From the NCBI RefSeq assembly GCF_964188315.1, contig NC_135667.1, forward strand, positions 18,042,001-18,106,000: DNA of 64,000 bases, given 5' to 3'. The translations under genes were made by a program, and so were the position numbers. Within the stretch, counting starts at the first letter, position 1. The number at the start of each line of letters is the position of its first letter. This DNA comes from Podarcis muralis. Lineage: Eukaryota. The notes beneath the pieces are model-generated. The model was not told the origin of the DNA and ran no database searches. It was given only the letters and a program-made list of their open reading frames with translations. This document shows, in pieces, positions 1 through 12,660 of the stretch.

Positions 1-189
1 GGAAAAATAGTGGAAGTGAACAACTGGCTTCGCAAATGGTGCAAACAGGAACGGTTCGGATTCTTAGATCACGGAATGCAGTTTCTTGAAGATGGACTTC
101 TGGCAAGCGATGGGCTGCACCTCACAACGGTTGGGAGGAATGTTTTTGCAAAAAATCTCAGAAACCTCATCAGGAGGGCTTTAAACTGA
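1..189 (+). CDS. CR1 ORF1 C-terminus (SGNH/GDSL esterase-like domain), partial
   Basis: Frame 1 reads [66 protein letters not shown] matches the DxxH block of the esterase domain of vertebrate CR1 ORF1p. TGA at 187-189. Confidence 0.85.
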   Translation, partial: GKIVEVNNWLRKWCKQERFGFLDHGMQFLEDGLLASDGLHLTTVGRNVFAKNLRNLIRRALN

Positions 190-194
190 CTAAT

Positions 195-3116
195 GTGGGG
201 GAGGGAGACAGTGCTCCTGAAGGTAGGAGTCTATCAATTGATGAAGATGATCATCCAAATGTCATAGACCGAATGGAGCAAAGAGCATGCAGACCTAGTG
301 GTGGGAGGAGAAAATCCTTAAATAAGAGACACGGGGGAATGATTAATGGACTTCAATGTCTGTACACTAATGCGCAAAGCATGGGAAATAAACAAGATGA
401 GCTTGAGCTCCTGGTACAGCAAACTAAATATGACATAATAGGAATCACTGAAACCTGGTGGGATAAATCCCACGATTGGAATGTAATAATGGAGGGATAC
501 AATCTATTTCAAAGAAACAGACCAGACAAGAAAGGAGGAGGAGTGGCGTTATATGTCAGGGATGTGTATACCTGTGAAGAGATCCAAGATTTAGAACCTC
601 AAAGCCAAAGTGAGAGCATTTGGGTCAAAATTAAGGGAGAGAAGAATAACAGTGACCTCATTGTGGGAGTTTACTATAGATCCCCAAGCCAAACGGAGGA
701 CATAGATGATGCCTTCCTGGAACAGATGGCCAAGCATGCAAAAGGAAGGGAGATAGTAGTAATGGGGGACTTCAATTACCCGGATATTTGTTGGATGTCA
801 AACTCAGCCAAGAGCATAAGGTCAAACAGATTCCTCACTGCCCTTGCAGACAACTTCATTGTCCAGAAAGTGGGAGAAGCAACAAGAGGAACAGCCATTT
901 TAGATCTGGTCCTAACCAATGTTGATGACCTGGTTAGTGGGGTAGAAGTGGAAGGATCATTAGGCGCGAGTGATCATGCTCTTCTGAAGTTTACTATACA
1001 GCGGAAAGGAGCAGCCAAGCATACTAGGACTCAATTTCTCGACTTTAAGAAAGCCGACTTCATAAAGCTTAGGGAAGTGCTGGGTGAGATCCCATGGACA
1101 GTAATACTAAAAGGAAAGGGAGTTCAAGATGGCTGGGAGTTTGTTAAGAGGGAGATAGTAAAAGCACAACTTCAGGCAATACCAATGAGACGGAAACATG
1201 GAAGGTGCCTAAAGAAGCCAGGGTGGCTATCTAAAGAACTTTTAACTGAGTTAAGATTAAAAAAGGATGTGTACAAAAAATGGAAAAGGGGGGAAACCAC
1301 CAAAGAGGAATTCAAACAAATAGCCAGCACGTGTAGACACAAAGTCAGAAAAGCTAAAGCACAAAATGAACTCAGGCTTGCTAGAGAGGTTAAAAGCAAC
1401 AAAAAAGGCTTTTATGGGTATGTTCGTAGCAAAAGGAAGAACAAAGAAACCGTGGGGTCACTCAGAGGAGAAGATGGTGAAATGCAAACAGGGGACACAG
1501 AAAGGGCTGAACTCCTCAATGCCTTCTTTGCCTCAGTCTTCTCCGATAAAGAAAACAATGCCCGACCTGAAGAATTTGGAGCAAATGATTCAGCAGAGGA
1601 AACACAGCCCAGAATAACTAAGGAGATAGTACAAGAATACTTGGCTAGTCTAGATGTATTCAAGTCTCCAGGGCCAGATGAACTGCATCCAAGAGTATTA
1701 AAAGAACTGGCAGATGTGATTTCAGAACCACTGGCAGTCATCTTTGAGAATTCCTGGAGAACAGGCGAAGTCCCGGCAGACTGGAGGAGGGCAAATGTTG
1801 TCCCTATTTTCAAAAAGGGGAAAAGAGAGGACCCAAATAATTACCGCCCAGTCAGTCTGACATCAATACCAGGGAAGATTCTGGAGCAGATCATTAAGCA
1901 AACAGTCTGTGAGCACCTAGAAAGGAATGCTGTGATCACCAATAGTCAGCATGGATTTCTGAAAAATAAGTCATGTCAGACTAACCTGATCTCGTTTTTT
2001 GACAGAATTACAAGCCTGGTAGATGAAGGGAACGCAGTGGATGTAGTCTACCTTGATTTCAGCAAGGCATTTGACAAGGTGCCCCATGATATTCTTGTAA
2101 AGAAGCTGGTAAAATGCGGTCTTGACTATGCTACCACTCAGTGGATTTGTAACTGGCTGACTGACCGAACCCAAAGGGTGCTCATCAATGGTTCCTCTTC
2201 ATCCTGGAGAAGAGTGACTAGTGGGGTGCCACAGGGTTCTGTCTTGGGCCCGGTCTTATTCAACATCTTTATCAACGACTTGGATGATGGACTCAAGGGC
2301 ATCCTGATCAAATTTGCAGATGACACCAAACTGGGAGGGGTGGCTAACACCCCAGAGGACAGGATCACACTTCAAAACGACCTTGACAGATTAGAGAACT
2401 GGGCCAAAACAAACAAGATGAATTTTAACAGGGAGAAATGTAAAGTATTGCACTTGGGCAAAAAAAATGAGAGGCACAAATACAAGATGGGTGACACCTG
2501 GCTTGAGAGCAGTACATGTGAAAAGGATCTAGGAGTCTTGGTTGACCACAAACTTGACATGAGCCAACAGTGTGACGCGGCAGCTAAAAAAGCCAATGCA
2601 ATTCTGGGCCTCATCAATAGGAGTATAGCATCTAGATCAAGGGAAGTAATAGTGCCACTGTATTCTGCTCTGGTCAGACCTCACCTGGAGTACTGTGTCC
2701 AGTTCTGGGCACCACAGTTTAAGAAGGACACTGACAAACTGGAACGTGTCCAGAGGAGGGCAACCAAAATGGTCAAAGGCCTGGAAATGATGCCTTATGA
2801 GGAACGGCTAAGGGAGCTGGGCATGTTTAGCCTGGAGAAGAGGAGGTTAAGGGGTGATATGATAGCCATGTTCAAATATATAAAAGGATGTCACATAGAG
2901 GAGGGAGAAAGGCTGTTTTCTGCTGCTCCAGAGAAGCGGACACGGAGCAATGGATCCAAACTACAAGAAAGAAGATTCCACCTAAACATTAGGAAGAACT
3001 TCCTGACAGTAAGAGCTGTTCGACAGTGGAATTTGCTGCCAAGGAGTGTGGTGGAGTCTCCTTCTTTGGAGGTCTTTAAGCAGAGGCTTGACAACCATAT
3101 GTCAGGAGTGCTCTGA
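195..3116 (+). CDS. CR1 ORF2 endonuclease/reverse transcriptase, uninterrupted (973 aa)
   Basis: EN motifs: YTNAQS, GITETWW, GVYYRSP, MGDFN, SDH. RT motifs: [31 protein letters not shown]. No stops or frameshifts. The frame is open from 90; the first ATGs are at 273 and 339. Confidence 0.96.
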   Translation: MGEGDSAPEGRSLSIDEDDHPNVIDRMEQRACRPSGGRRKSLNKRHGGMINGLQCLYTNAQSMGNKQDELELLVQQTKYDIIGITETWWDKSHDWNVIMEGYNLFQRNRPDKKGGGVALYVRDVYTCEEIQDLEPQSQSESIWVKIKGEKNNSDLIVGVYYRSPSQTEDIDDAFLEQMAKHAKGREIVVMGDFNYPDICWMSNSAKSIRSNRFLTALADNFIVQKVGEATRGTAILDLVLTNVDDLVSGVEVEGSLGASDHALLKFTIQRKGAAKHTRTQFLDFKKADFIKLREVLGEIPWTVILKGKGVQDGWEFVKREIVKAQLQAIPMRRKHGRCLKKPGWLSKELLTELRLKKDVYKKWKRGETTKEEFKQIASTCRHKVRKAKAQNELRLAREVKSNKKGFYGYVRSKRKNKETVGSLRGEDGEMQTGDTERAELLNAFFASVFSDKENNARPEEFGANDSAEETQPRITKEIVQEYLASLDVFKSPGPDELHPRVLKELADVISEPLAVIFENSWRTGEVPADWRRANVVPIFKKGKREDPNNYRPVSLTSIPGKILEQIIKQTVCEHLERNAVITNSQHGFLKNKSCQTNLISFFDRITSLVDEGNAVDVVYLDFSKAFDKVPHDILVKKLVKCGLDYATTQWICNWLTDRTQRVLINGSSSSWRRVTSGVPQGSVLGPVLFNIFINDLDDGLKGILIKFADDTKLGGVANTPEDRITLQNDLDRLENWAKTNKMNFNREKCKVLHLGKKNERHKYKMGDTWLESSTCEKDLGVLVDHKLDMSQQCDAAAKKANAILGLINRSIASRSREVIVPLYSALVRPHLEYCVQFWAPQFKKDTDKLERVQRRATKMVKGLEMMPYEERLRELGMFSLEKRRLRGDMIAMFKYIKGCHIEEGERLFSAAPEKRTRSNGSKLQERRFHLNIRKNFLTVRAVRQWNLLPRSVVESPSLEVFKQRLDNHMSGVL

Positions 3117-4320
3117 TGGTGTTTCCTGCTTGGCAGGGGGTTGGACTCGATGGCCCTTGTGGTCTCTTCCAACTCTATGATTCTATGATTCTATGATTCT
3201 ATGATTCTAATTTTCCTGTATGTATGCATCTCATATGACACATCATATGTCATTCATAAGCATGCAAACCATTATCTGGATTTGATTAGGACTCTAGTAA
3301 GCTGGCTGGCTAGTGCTATTGAGTTAGAAATCTAAATTCTGGTTGTTCCAGGTAGAGGGGATGAATTGAATTCTGAAGTCTTGTGTTGAGCTGTACATTT
3401 TGAAAGCATTGCTAATAACTCTTGCCAAAAGAAAAGGATTTCTCACGAACACAGAGACAATCTCAAGTTTTAAGCACCTGTGCTCAGGCGCACGTAGACT
3501 GACTCAAGTGGAAGAATCTGGCAAAATGTTTTGCCTGCGTATGCAGCAGAAGTGTCCTACAATAGCCAGACACGTGCCCCCCAAAATGGCAAGTGACAAC
3601 AAGCCTAGAGGCATGGTGACAAGCTGGGGGGTCAGTAAGAGCTATTTGGTACTATTTGTACTTTTCTCCCCTCCCCATCTCAGGCTGTTTACAGACGGCT
3701 TATTTATTGTGGTACAAAAAATGTAATTTTTCTACAGTGGAATTATTCGTGCTCATCCTCAACAGGCTCCTTTCAACCTAGATTCAGGTCCTACTGTCCA
3801 CAAGGGTGGGTGAGGTTACTTGATACTTATTTGAAAAGCTTCCCCTTTATAAAATTATCCACTCCTTTTCCTCCCTGCACATACCCCAGGTGAATGAAGA
3901 AGGAGGTCGTGACTGATCTTGGTAGACGTCCACCCACAACATCATTGTGCAGGTGTGGACACACACGCCCCTATTGTTGGGACCGCCAACATCTGTTTTC
4001 TTGGTATATCTCTAGAATGTTTGGAATGGGAAAGCCATAGAATTTGGGAGAGGTGACACATCCTATCCAGCTGTGTGTGTGTATAAGGAAGGAACAAAAG
4101 AAGCAGTTTTAGGGACGGGCAGAAAAGAGGCAGGGTGTGAGCTGAAGTCTCTTAAAGCATCTTAGGGTACAAGATGCTTCTGCCTGGAGATATTATATGA
4201 GCTGGCATATCTACAAACTTGTAGGAGTGTGCATATTCCTTTTTTCTGTTTGTGCTTTGCACTGTATATAAATACATACATGTAAATATGTAAATAAAGC
4301 CAATATTTGAAAGATACATA

Positions 4321-4562
4321 CAGTGGTACCTCAGGTTAAGTACTTATTTCGTTCCGGATGTCCATTCTTAACCTGAAACTGTTCTTAACCTGAAGCACCA
4401 CTTCAGCTAATGGGGCCTCCTGCTGCTGCCGCGCCACCGGAGCACAATTTCTGTTCTCATCCTGAAGCAAAGTTTTTAACCCGAGGTACTATTTCTGGGT
4501 TAGTGGAGTCTGTAACCTGAAGCGTATGTAACCTGAAGCATATGTAACCCGAGGTACCACTG
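4321..4562 (+). mobile_element. Tc1/mariner (Tigger-like) MITE
   Basis: TIRs CAGTGGTACCTC...GAGGTACCACTG with TA on both sides. Near-identical copies at 55009 and 56564. Confidence 0.85.
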
Positions 4563-4944
4563 TATTACAAAGGCACAATGCTGGCTGGAATGGATAGGAG
4601 TTGTAGTCCAAAACATCTGGAAGACATGAGGTTGGGGAAGGTTACAGTAAGCCATGAGCCATGGTTTACTGTGAACAAGCAGAGTGCTATTGCATGTGCT
4701 GGAATGGTCTTGCTTCACTTCTCCGCTAGCAAGAGCAGGAGCAAAAAATGATGAGCCTTGGTTTGCTGTGGCCTCTGAACCAGTGCTTATGGTTTGTTTC
4801 TCTCAAACAAACCATGATCAATCAGGAAGCCAAGAACAAACTTTGGCTTCAGACTGTGTTTATTGGAAGGAGAAAAAGTACTGAGCACTGGTTTTGTACT
4901 TCCACGGCTGCTGCTCCTACTAAGTTTCTAGCTTCCTGGGTTGT

Positions 4945-5292
4945 CCAGGGACGCGGACTTATAAAAAATATTGGGGGGGCCCGGGAAAGCTCATGAATAA
5001 TAAATAAGCTCATGAATATGCAAATAAAGTGGCGCCGCCTCCTCGTGAGCGAATAGGGGAGAGCGTGCTGCGCCTATTAATCAGCTCCAAAGGAAATTGG
5101 GTGGAGCTTTTGCTCGGGAGGGAGGGCAGGAGGCATGCAGCCCGCCCCTCCCTGTGCATTTTGGGCTGGGGGAGGGGCGGCGATGGCGCTCTGCTGGAGG
5201 GGCGCCAGAGATTATTGGGGGGGCAGAGCCCCCCCAAACGAATTTTTGAGGGGGCTCGGGCCCCCTCAAGCCCCATGGAGTCGGCGCCTATG
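4945..5292. mobile_element. GC-rich non-autonomous DNA transposon-like element
   Basis: GC-rich island in AT-rich flanks with imperfect terminal similarity (CAGGGACGCGGAC versus reverse complement CATAGGCGCCGAC). No clear TSD. Confidence 0.4.
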
Positions 5293-5354
5293 GGGTTGTC
5301 CAAATGTAGTCATTCGCTCCTCTAAAGGAAAAGCCAACCGCAGGCAGCTGTGTT

Positions 5355-5418
5355 GCAGCTTCATCCCAGTTGTGACAGTGGGAAGCTGCAGCTTCATCCC
5401 AGTTGTGACAGTGGGAAG
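5355..5418. repeat. 33-bp tandem duplication
   Basis: GCAGCTTCATCCCAGTTGTGACAGTGGGAAG(CT) occurs twice in tandem. Confidence 0.9.
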
Positions 5419-8400
5419 TAGCAGAGCGCAGAGATAGGACTTCACACGGTCACCATTCTGGTAGGTGGCTGAGACTTGGCCAATAAGATAAGTCAATTGA
5501 CATCCTGGTACCAGCTTGGCATAGGGATGGTGCCAGTCTAGAGGGCAAAATGGCATCTGATGCTCACAGATGTTGCCAGCTCCTTGCCTTGAGCTGCTGT
5601 GCGATTCCCCACCCCAACCCTGCTGCCAGACTGTGCATAAGGAGGGATGTACATATATCAGCTGAAAAGCATTGTCTCTCCTAGCTACAGATGGCCCCCA
5701 ACATACAAGTGTTGTCCAGAGAACTTCCCTGCTTGCAAAACTGTCTTTTGGAATGGCAGCTGCAATCAGCTGCTTGCACTGAGAGACTCTATGCTCCTGG
5801 GGGGCCTGGGTAACCTTTGAAAATGCACTGCGTTGATCTCTTCTTGATCAGCTCCAGGCTGCAGGGCAGCTGCAACATTTCAGGTCAAGGGCTCCCAGAG
5901 TGAATCCGCTGAGGTGCCAGGGTAGGAAAGGCTGCAGCCTAGTCGCCATGCCTGCCCTTCTCCCTCGGACCCTCAAATATGACATGTAAGCAATATACAC
6001 TGCCCCCCCTTCCAATCTTCCAACCCGAGGCTTTCTCCCTGCTCTTCCTAGGCTGCCTCTCTGCCAACCCTGGACTGCAGCCATCTCTCTGAGACAGGAA
6101 AGGCCCCAGATCGCATTTCATGACACTCTTTCTGCATATAAACAGCCGCCCCCAGCCCAGAGGCAGCCACATGGCAATGCCAGGCGAGGGATCCCTGCTT
6201 TTTGCAAGTTCCACATTGGATTCCTCACTCCCACCCTGAGCTTATCCGGCCTGGAGGAGGGGGGCTGGGTATTGGCATTTTTGCTCAATTAGCTGATGTT
6301 TCCCAGTGTGTGCAATATCATCCAGTTTCCATGGTGATGGGAGTGCCACGGTAACCAACAGGGCCTCTTTTCTTGTTCGCTACCTACTTCTCCCCATGCC
6401 ATGCTGGCATGAGGAGTTGCACAAGGACAGGAGTGGGAAGAGACCCCAGGAACAGGGCTGGGCCTAGCTCGTTTGCCTCCACAGGGGAAATCAATTCCCC
6501 CCCACCCCTTCTCCCCTTTCATCTCAAGAAATTTCAGCACACGTCTTCAGATCCTGTAGCGAGAAGTAAATTAGGCAGGTCTTAGCAGGAAGTGCCATTG
6601 AAAGGACAATTTTCTTGCCATCATGGGCACGTGGGCGTTTGACACCTAGGTAACGCCTGCCCTGGATTTAGTGCCAGTTCTTTCTCCACTTCCTCTTTCT
6701 CCACCTCCTCCTCCTTTTAGCAGCCCTCTGGAGGCCCAAGAAGCCAATCTTTTCTCTGGTTATGTTCACACAATATTTTACCCTGAGGAAACGTTTTTGT
6801 GTTGCTTCAATGACAGACACTACGGGCATGCTAAAATGCTTAAGGAGACAGGCATAATCCCATCGTCAATTACGGAACCCTTTTGGTTAGGCCTGCCAAC
6901 TCCCTTGATTCTGTTTCTCAACATTTCTGTGTCAATAGCCCCATGAAAACACGCCCTAAGGTGAAAAAGAAGAGGTCTGGTTCTCAGGTCTTGGTGGCTG
7001 AGCATACAGCAGCCCCCCAAACTTCTGCTGTCTGGTAGAGGATCCATCTTGCAGCAGTAGGCCATGCTACTACATGCAAATAAACAAGGCCTACTCAGTT
7101 GCCACCCCAGAACTGTGGGATGTCCTTCAATCAGCTGTGTGCTTGGCTCCTTTCCTTCTGATGTTCCACAGGCATGGACACTTTCATGTTGCTAGTCTGG
7201 GTCTGTTGTCACTGTTGTCTTTCTGTCCCTTTTTGTGTTTTCATTGTTCTTTGCTTTATTTGGGTTGGTTTCCATAGCTTTTAATGTTGTTTTGATTTAC
7301 CCTTCTGTAAATCACCTCAAGCCCTTCGTGGTGAAAGCCAGCGTGCAAATTTAGTAAAGACAGATCATCACCACCATCAATAACAACAGCAGGGTTGCTT
7401 CCACCGCCAATGCCAAATTGCACCGGTAAAACATGAACTGGGCCTAAATTGGTGCTCTCTGGGGCTTCAGCTGCAGTGTTTTCTAAAACAATGTTTAGGG
7501 GTCCTCTCATTTTCCTACTCATATTGAAAGACTGCCCCTCAATAAGGCCAAACTTAGATTTACAAAATGTTTAGGGCTATCCCTCCAGAGAAAAAGGACT
7601 CTTGAGCTGTACACCTTAATCTGGTACTTGAAGCTGACCTCACACTCTTCTTTGTGCATGGTAAGGAATAGCAGCATGTAACATCAGCCCCCATAACTGG
7701 TCGGTTTCTGGACTCGTGTGATCTTCCTCTTGCTGCTCTTTAGCTTCAGATCTAGATCTGGGTACAACCATTGTTCTGTCCTGACTCTTCCAAGCCAGCT
7801 TCTGGATGCTTCCAGACAACCTGCTTTATTGAGCATTTATTCTGATTTGTTTTCAGGGAGATGAGACAATAGTGGCTAATTAATGAGTTTTCATTCTGAT
7901 TTGTTTTCGAGGTTCAGTGTTATTGCGCACTTTCCAGTGCATTTCCCGCTCACATTCCTTATTGCAAAAAGACTGGTCTTTTGGAGAAGTGGATTTGTTG
8001 CACAAGCCCTTCCAATCAACTATAATTGTGCAACCTGAATTTGCTGGTGTGTGACTGAATCCTACCCAGAAATAGTGACAGTCTGAAAGCTTCCTCTGTC
8101 TCGTATTCTCACTCTCCCACCCATACCTTGTTGCCTGCCCATCTCTTATATTTGCTTCAAGGATGCGACTTTTTTTTTTAAAAAAAAACTGCTCTAGGAA
8201 ACCTGGGAGTGCTGAGCAGTAAGCATGCCCACGGTGTTGTCTTGAATGTTATGCCCCCCTCCACTAGAGTTGGGAAAGTTAGGGCCCAGAAGATGCATAT
8301 TCGAGATAAAATTTACTGCTGCTACAGTCTTCTACCTGCAGTGCCTTTACCCCGCCTCATAATTAGGACAGTCTTGCTGCAAACTCATGAAAATAACTCC

Positions 8401-8604
8401 TGCCACACCTGAACTGCTAGATCAAAGGAAGGCAGCTGGCAAGTTGGGCTCCTTTGCGAGTTAATTATACTTTGTGTGTGTGTGTGATGTGCTAAATCTG
8501 GGTGCCAGATAGCTAGACACCAAAGGTCATGCACTTTCCCCTTTCTATTAACATGGCTAAAGCCTTTAAGGGCTACTGATGCATTGCTTTTCTGCAATTT
8601 GCTG

Positions 8605-8839
8605 GTAGTGGTTAAGAGCGGTGGACTCGTAATCTGGTGAACCGGGTTCGCTTCCCCGCTCCTCCACATGCAGCTGCTGGGTGACCTTGGGCTAGTCACA
8701 CTTCTTTGAAGTCTCTCAGCCTCACTCACCTCACAGAGTGTTTGTTGTGGGGGAGGAAGGGAAAGGAGAATGTTAGTCGCTTTGAGACTCCTTCGGGTAG
8801 TGATAAAGCAGGATATCAAATCCAAACTCCTCTTCTTCT
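8605..8839 (+). mobile_element. tRNA-derived squamate SINE (Squam-type)
   Basis: A-box-like TAGTGGTTAAG, B-box-like GGTTCGCTTCC, CORE-like body (GTGACCTTGGGC...TCTCTCAGCCTCA), and a (TCT)n-like tail. Confidence 0.75.
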
Positions 8840-9518
8840 AAATTAAAATGGTGGTTCGGTACAAGCATTTTATACGGCATTATATTATATGGCAGTGTCC
8901 ATCCCAATGGCCAATATCCATCTAAAAGGTTTACTAAGAATAATAGAATCATAGATTTGGAAGGGACTCTGAGGATCATCTAGTCCAAACCCCTGCTGTG
9001 CAGTAAAATGCAGCAGTCCACATAAATTTAATTCAGCAACAAATGTGGCTGCAACAAATGCGGGCCACTGGATTTGTGAGTCCTTGCAGAGAGTCCCCAA
9101 GTCCAGCAAGATGGATGGTAAGTGGCCACGTATGTCTTGAAACCACAACACTAGAGTTCCTTGGAAGATTCAGGAAGCGGCCGTAGAAGGAAAAGATTTC
9201 ACACAACAGGTTCTACCTGCCTTGGAGTTAGTTAGGTGTTGTTGTTTTTCCTTTGCTGGGGGTGCAGTTTGCTTCCTGGTGCTGGTTAAAAAAGAAAAAA
9301 CTCAATAAAAATGCTTCCAGATTCCCAGATAGTTTTACATTTTTGTTTCACCACCACTAGGATTAAAGGTCAGATTTGGGTTTGGCCGTTTCTCATTTTC
9401 CTGGTTAGATTATCTCTACAGAACAGGTCATGCTGCTTTCTTTGTCCCTATAGCATTGGCAAGGAATCAGTGCTTTAGGTCTGTGAGTTTCAGACTTCAT
9501 TTGGGGAAGCCTTAAGGA

Positions 9519-9866
9519 TATGGGTGGCGCTGTGGGTTAAACCACAGTGCCTAGGACTTGCCGATCAGAAGTTTGGCAGTTCGAATCCCCGCGACGGGGT
9601 GAGCTCCCGTTGCTCGGTCCCTGCTCCTGCCAACCTAGCAGTTCAAAAGCACATCAAAGTGCAAGTAGATAAATAGGTACCGCTCCGGCGGGAAGGTAAA
9701 CGGCGTTTCCGTGCGCTGCTCTGGTTTGCCAGAAGCGGCTTAGTCATGCTGGCCACATGACCCAGAAGCTGTACGCCGGCTCCCTTGGCCAATAAAGCGA
9801 GATGAGCGCCGCAACCCCAGAGTCGGTCATAACTGGACCTAATGGTCAGGGGTCCCTTTACCTTTA
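9519..9866 (+). mobile_element. Sauria SINE, subfamily A
   Basis: GGTGGCGCTGTGGGTTAAACC head, B box GTTCGAATCC, ACCTTT tail, TSD CTTAAGGA (9511-9518 / 9867-9874). Confidence 0.9.
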
Positions 9867-11662
9867 CTTAAGGACATAAGGAGAGGCTTGATGGATCAGA
9901 CTAAAGATTCAGCCAACTGGGCATCTATCTTCCCTCAGCAGTCAGTGGATGCCTATGAGAAACCCACAAATAGGACAAATCCTCCTGTTGTTCCAGCAAT
10001 CAGTATTCTCTGGCATGCTGCCTATAATCCTGGATGTTGTGTATATAACTATCATGGAGCCCATCTCCACCATCTCAGAAAAACCAGTTATCATTGCAGC
10101 CATCCATCAACTTCATTGTGGAGGAACTTATACACCATCTGCCCTAGAGAGTTGCAAAGAATTCTGGGACATGTACAGCCACTCCACTTTATGATTTGCA
10201 AATTGCTGCTGCTAATTAGTTACTTAACAATGTCTGTACTTTTCTGCATTTCCTTTCCCTCAGTTTAACCTCACAATCCCCACCCCTTTCCCCAGCCATG
10301 TGTATAAGTACTAGGATAAGGAAACTGTTGAAATGTAAATGTGAAATATTCTGGGACCAAGAGGGCCTGGACTGGAGTTCAGTGTCATTTATCTGTGGGG
10401 GAAGACAAAAACTAGTATAATGGCATATTATTACTTAAGGTGTGTAAACGACAACCATCCTTGCCCCTTGCTTTTTTTGCAGGCTGGTTCAAAGGAAACA
10501 AGTCAACTCTCAACTTATGCAGGGGTTACGTTCTGGGAATAGCGCATAAAACCAAAATTGCATATAGTCAAAACACTCAACCTGAACTTTCTAACGCTCT
10601 CCCAAGGGCACTGGACACTCTCCCTGCACCTGTAGGATTGCCGACAGAAAATACATCTATAAATAAAAAACCAATCTAAACCAGAGTAATGATCAGAAAA
10701 CAAACAGATTGTAGGAGTGCATTTATAAATAAATAAATAAAATTAAACCTGAGCAATAATCCCAAAGTAAACAGCCTGTACAAACACCTTGTTTTAAATG
10801 GCAAAAACTGCTGTAACAAATAACTCGGACAGAAAAACAATAAATAGAAAGAATCCAGTTTTGACAGGTGGCATAATGATGCAAATAACCGCAACTAGAA
10901 AAACAAATGAAGAATAACATAGGCAGCTGATTACTTTAGATGATTTTCTCAGCAACACAGATTTAATTTAACAAAATTGCATCTGATTTTTGCAGCTGCC
11001 ACCACAAACAGACCCAATTTGAACATTATCGTTTGCCATTTAGTAAAAGCTCAGGACTGTGGTGGTTGTTTGAGCAGAAGATCTATAAGCAATTCTTTCC
11101 AAAGAGAGTAAACTGGTATGCAATGTTGACAATTATCCACCTCCTTGGAGCCACAAACAGAGAGTATCGTGTTCTTTCTACTAGGATCGGGCCATTGTTT
11201 CCTCATGCCAGTGAGTAACCCCAAATGTGAAGAAGTTTTGTTTTTTTCCAACACCAGGAACATTGGCAGAAAAGCCAGCTTCCCATTCAAGTTATTCACG
11301 GCTTGGGCTCAGATGGGCTCTTGCAAATTGCTGTAATTTTTCGCAGTTTATTGCAGAATGCTATCTGCTGTATCCTGGGATGGGCAAACACAGCCAGAAC
11401 CCAAGCAAGAAGCTTGGTGGCCTCCCTCTGAGAAAGGACCCTGTGTGTAGAAGGGATAGATGGGAGGGAGGTAGAAGAGAGATGAAGCCCAAATATATTC
11501 AAAACACAGGCGTGAGTGTGAGATAGAGAGAAATTTTTTAAAGGATGATCCATTTGATTAACAAATTATGTAGTAGGACATCTCCCTGGGCCTACAGAAC
11601 GGTTGAGAAGGGAAGTGGGGAGGCCCCATGAGAGACTAGAATGCTGGTAATGTTGCAATTGC

Positions 11663-12020
11663 ATGGGACGCGGGTGGCGCTGTGGGTTAAAGCCTCAGTG
11701 CCTAGGACTTGCTGATCGAAAGGTCGGCGGTTTGAATCCCCGTGGCGGGGTGCGCTCCCGTCGTTCGGTCCCAGCGCCTGCCAACCTAGCAGTTCGAAAG
11801 CACCCTCGGGTGCAAGTAGATAAATAGGGACCGCTTACTAGCGGGAAGGTAAACGGCGTTCCGTGTGCTGCGCTGGCTTGCCAGATGCAGCTTGTCACGC
11901 TGGCCACGTGACCCGGAAGTGTCTGCGGACAGCGCTGGCTCCCGGCCTCTAGAGTGAGATGAGCGCACAACCCTAGAGTCTGGCAAGACTGGCCCGTACG
12001 GGCAGGGGTACCTTTACCTT
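11663..12020 (+). mobile_element. Sauria SINE, subfamily B
   Basis: Full head, body and ACCTTT tail. 14-bp TSD AATGTTGCAATTGC (11649-11662 / 12021-12034). Confidence 0.92.
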
Positions 12021-12349
12021 AATGTTGCAATTGCCTTTGCAAAAGTCTCTGCAAAAGTTGTTTATAACAGTAACACATTATCCCTATCTGTACATATAAG
12101 TGACATATTAGCGCAAGACGCTTGCTTTGCTACTGTTCATCCCTTTCTTCTACGTAGAAACAAAGTCTGGCTAGATGTGCACTCCAGCACAGCAGCGCAT
12201 AGGAAGTAGCTGCCTTAAACTAAGCCAGACCATTGCTCATTCTAGCTAGACAGCTACACTGACTGGCAGCAGCAATCCAGGATTTCAGTAGGGGTGGACC
12301 CCCAGCCCTACCTGCAGGCCAGCAATTGAATCTGGAATCTTCTGCATCA

Positions 12350-12660
12350 ATATCATCATCATAATTTTATTCTTTATATGCCACCCATCTGACAGGATTG
12401 CCCCAGCCACTCTAAGCGGCTCCCAACAAAATGTTAAAAAGACAATAAAGCATCAAACATTAAAAACGTCCCTATACAGGGCTGCTTCAGATGTCTTCTA
12501 AAAGCCATATGGTTGTTTATTTCCTTGACATCTGATGGGAGGGGGTTCTGCAGGGCAGGCGCCACTACTGAGAAGGCCCTCTGCCTGGTTCCCTGTAACC
12601 TCACTTCTTGCAGTGAGGGAACTGTCAGAAGGCCCTCAGAGTTCGACCTCCAAGCAAAGC
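12350..12660 (-). mobile_element. L2-type LINE 3' fragment
   Basis: Reverse complement of the same 3' end seen at 49280-49657 (CCCATCAGATGTCAAGGAAATAAACAAC..., GGCTGGGG...GATGGGTGG). Confidence 0.7.

Larger units (their letters stand above)
1..3209 (+). mobile_element. CR1-clade LINE; 5' part lies outside the window. End of ORF1, complete ORF2, 3' UTR and (ATGATTCT)4 tail
   Basis: ORF2 has APE endonuclease and RT motifs. The element ends in the CR1-diagnostic octamer tail at 3177-3208. Confidence 0.97.

Noticed and set aside
191-195. TAATG overlapping stop-start motif (SART1-type translational coupling) after CR1 ORF1
   Set aside because: The TAA is not in the ORF1 frame, and the ATG opens a short frame-1 ORF rather than ORF2.
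3976-4318. Possible solo LTR (TG...CA, TATA-like motif, AATAAA)
   Set aside because: No target-site duplication or second copy found, and the boundaries are ambiguous.
8605-8680. tRNA gene-like A/B boxes (also at about 30900-30963 and in Sauria SINE heads)
   Set aside because: They continue into SINE bodies and do not form a complete cloverleaf, so they are SINE heads rather than tRNA genes.
10480-11010. Possible decayed Tigger transposase remnant (ends ...TLDDFLS)
   Set aside because: Only a short motif resemblance; no second TIR or continuous frame could be established.
11695-11986. ORFs in the track at 11695-11986, 18432-18768 and 22234-22593
   Set aside because: They fall within Sauria SINE copies and recur only because the SINE recurs.
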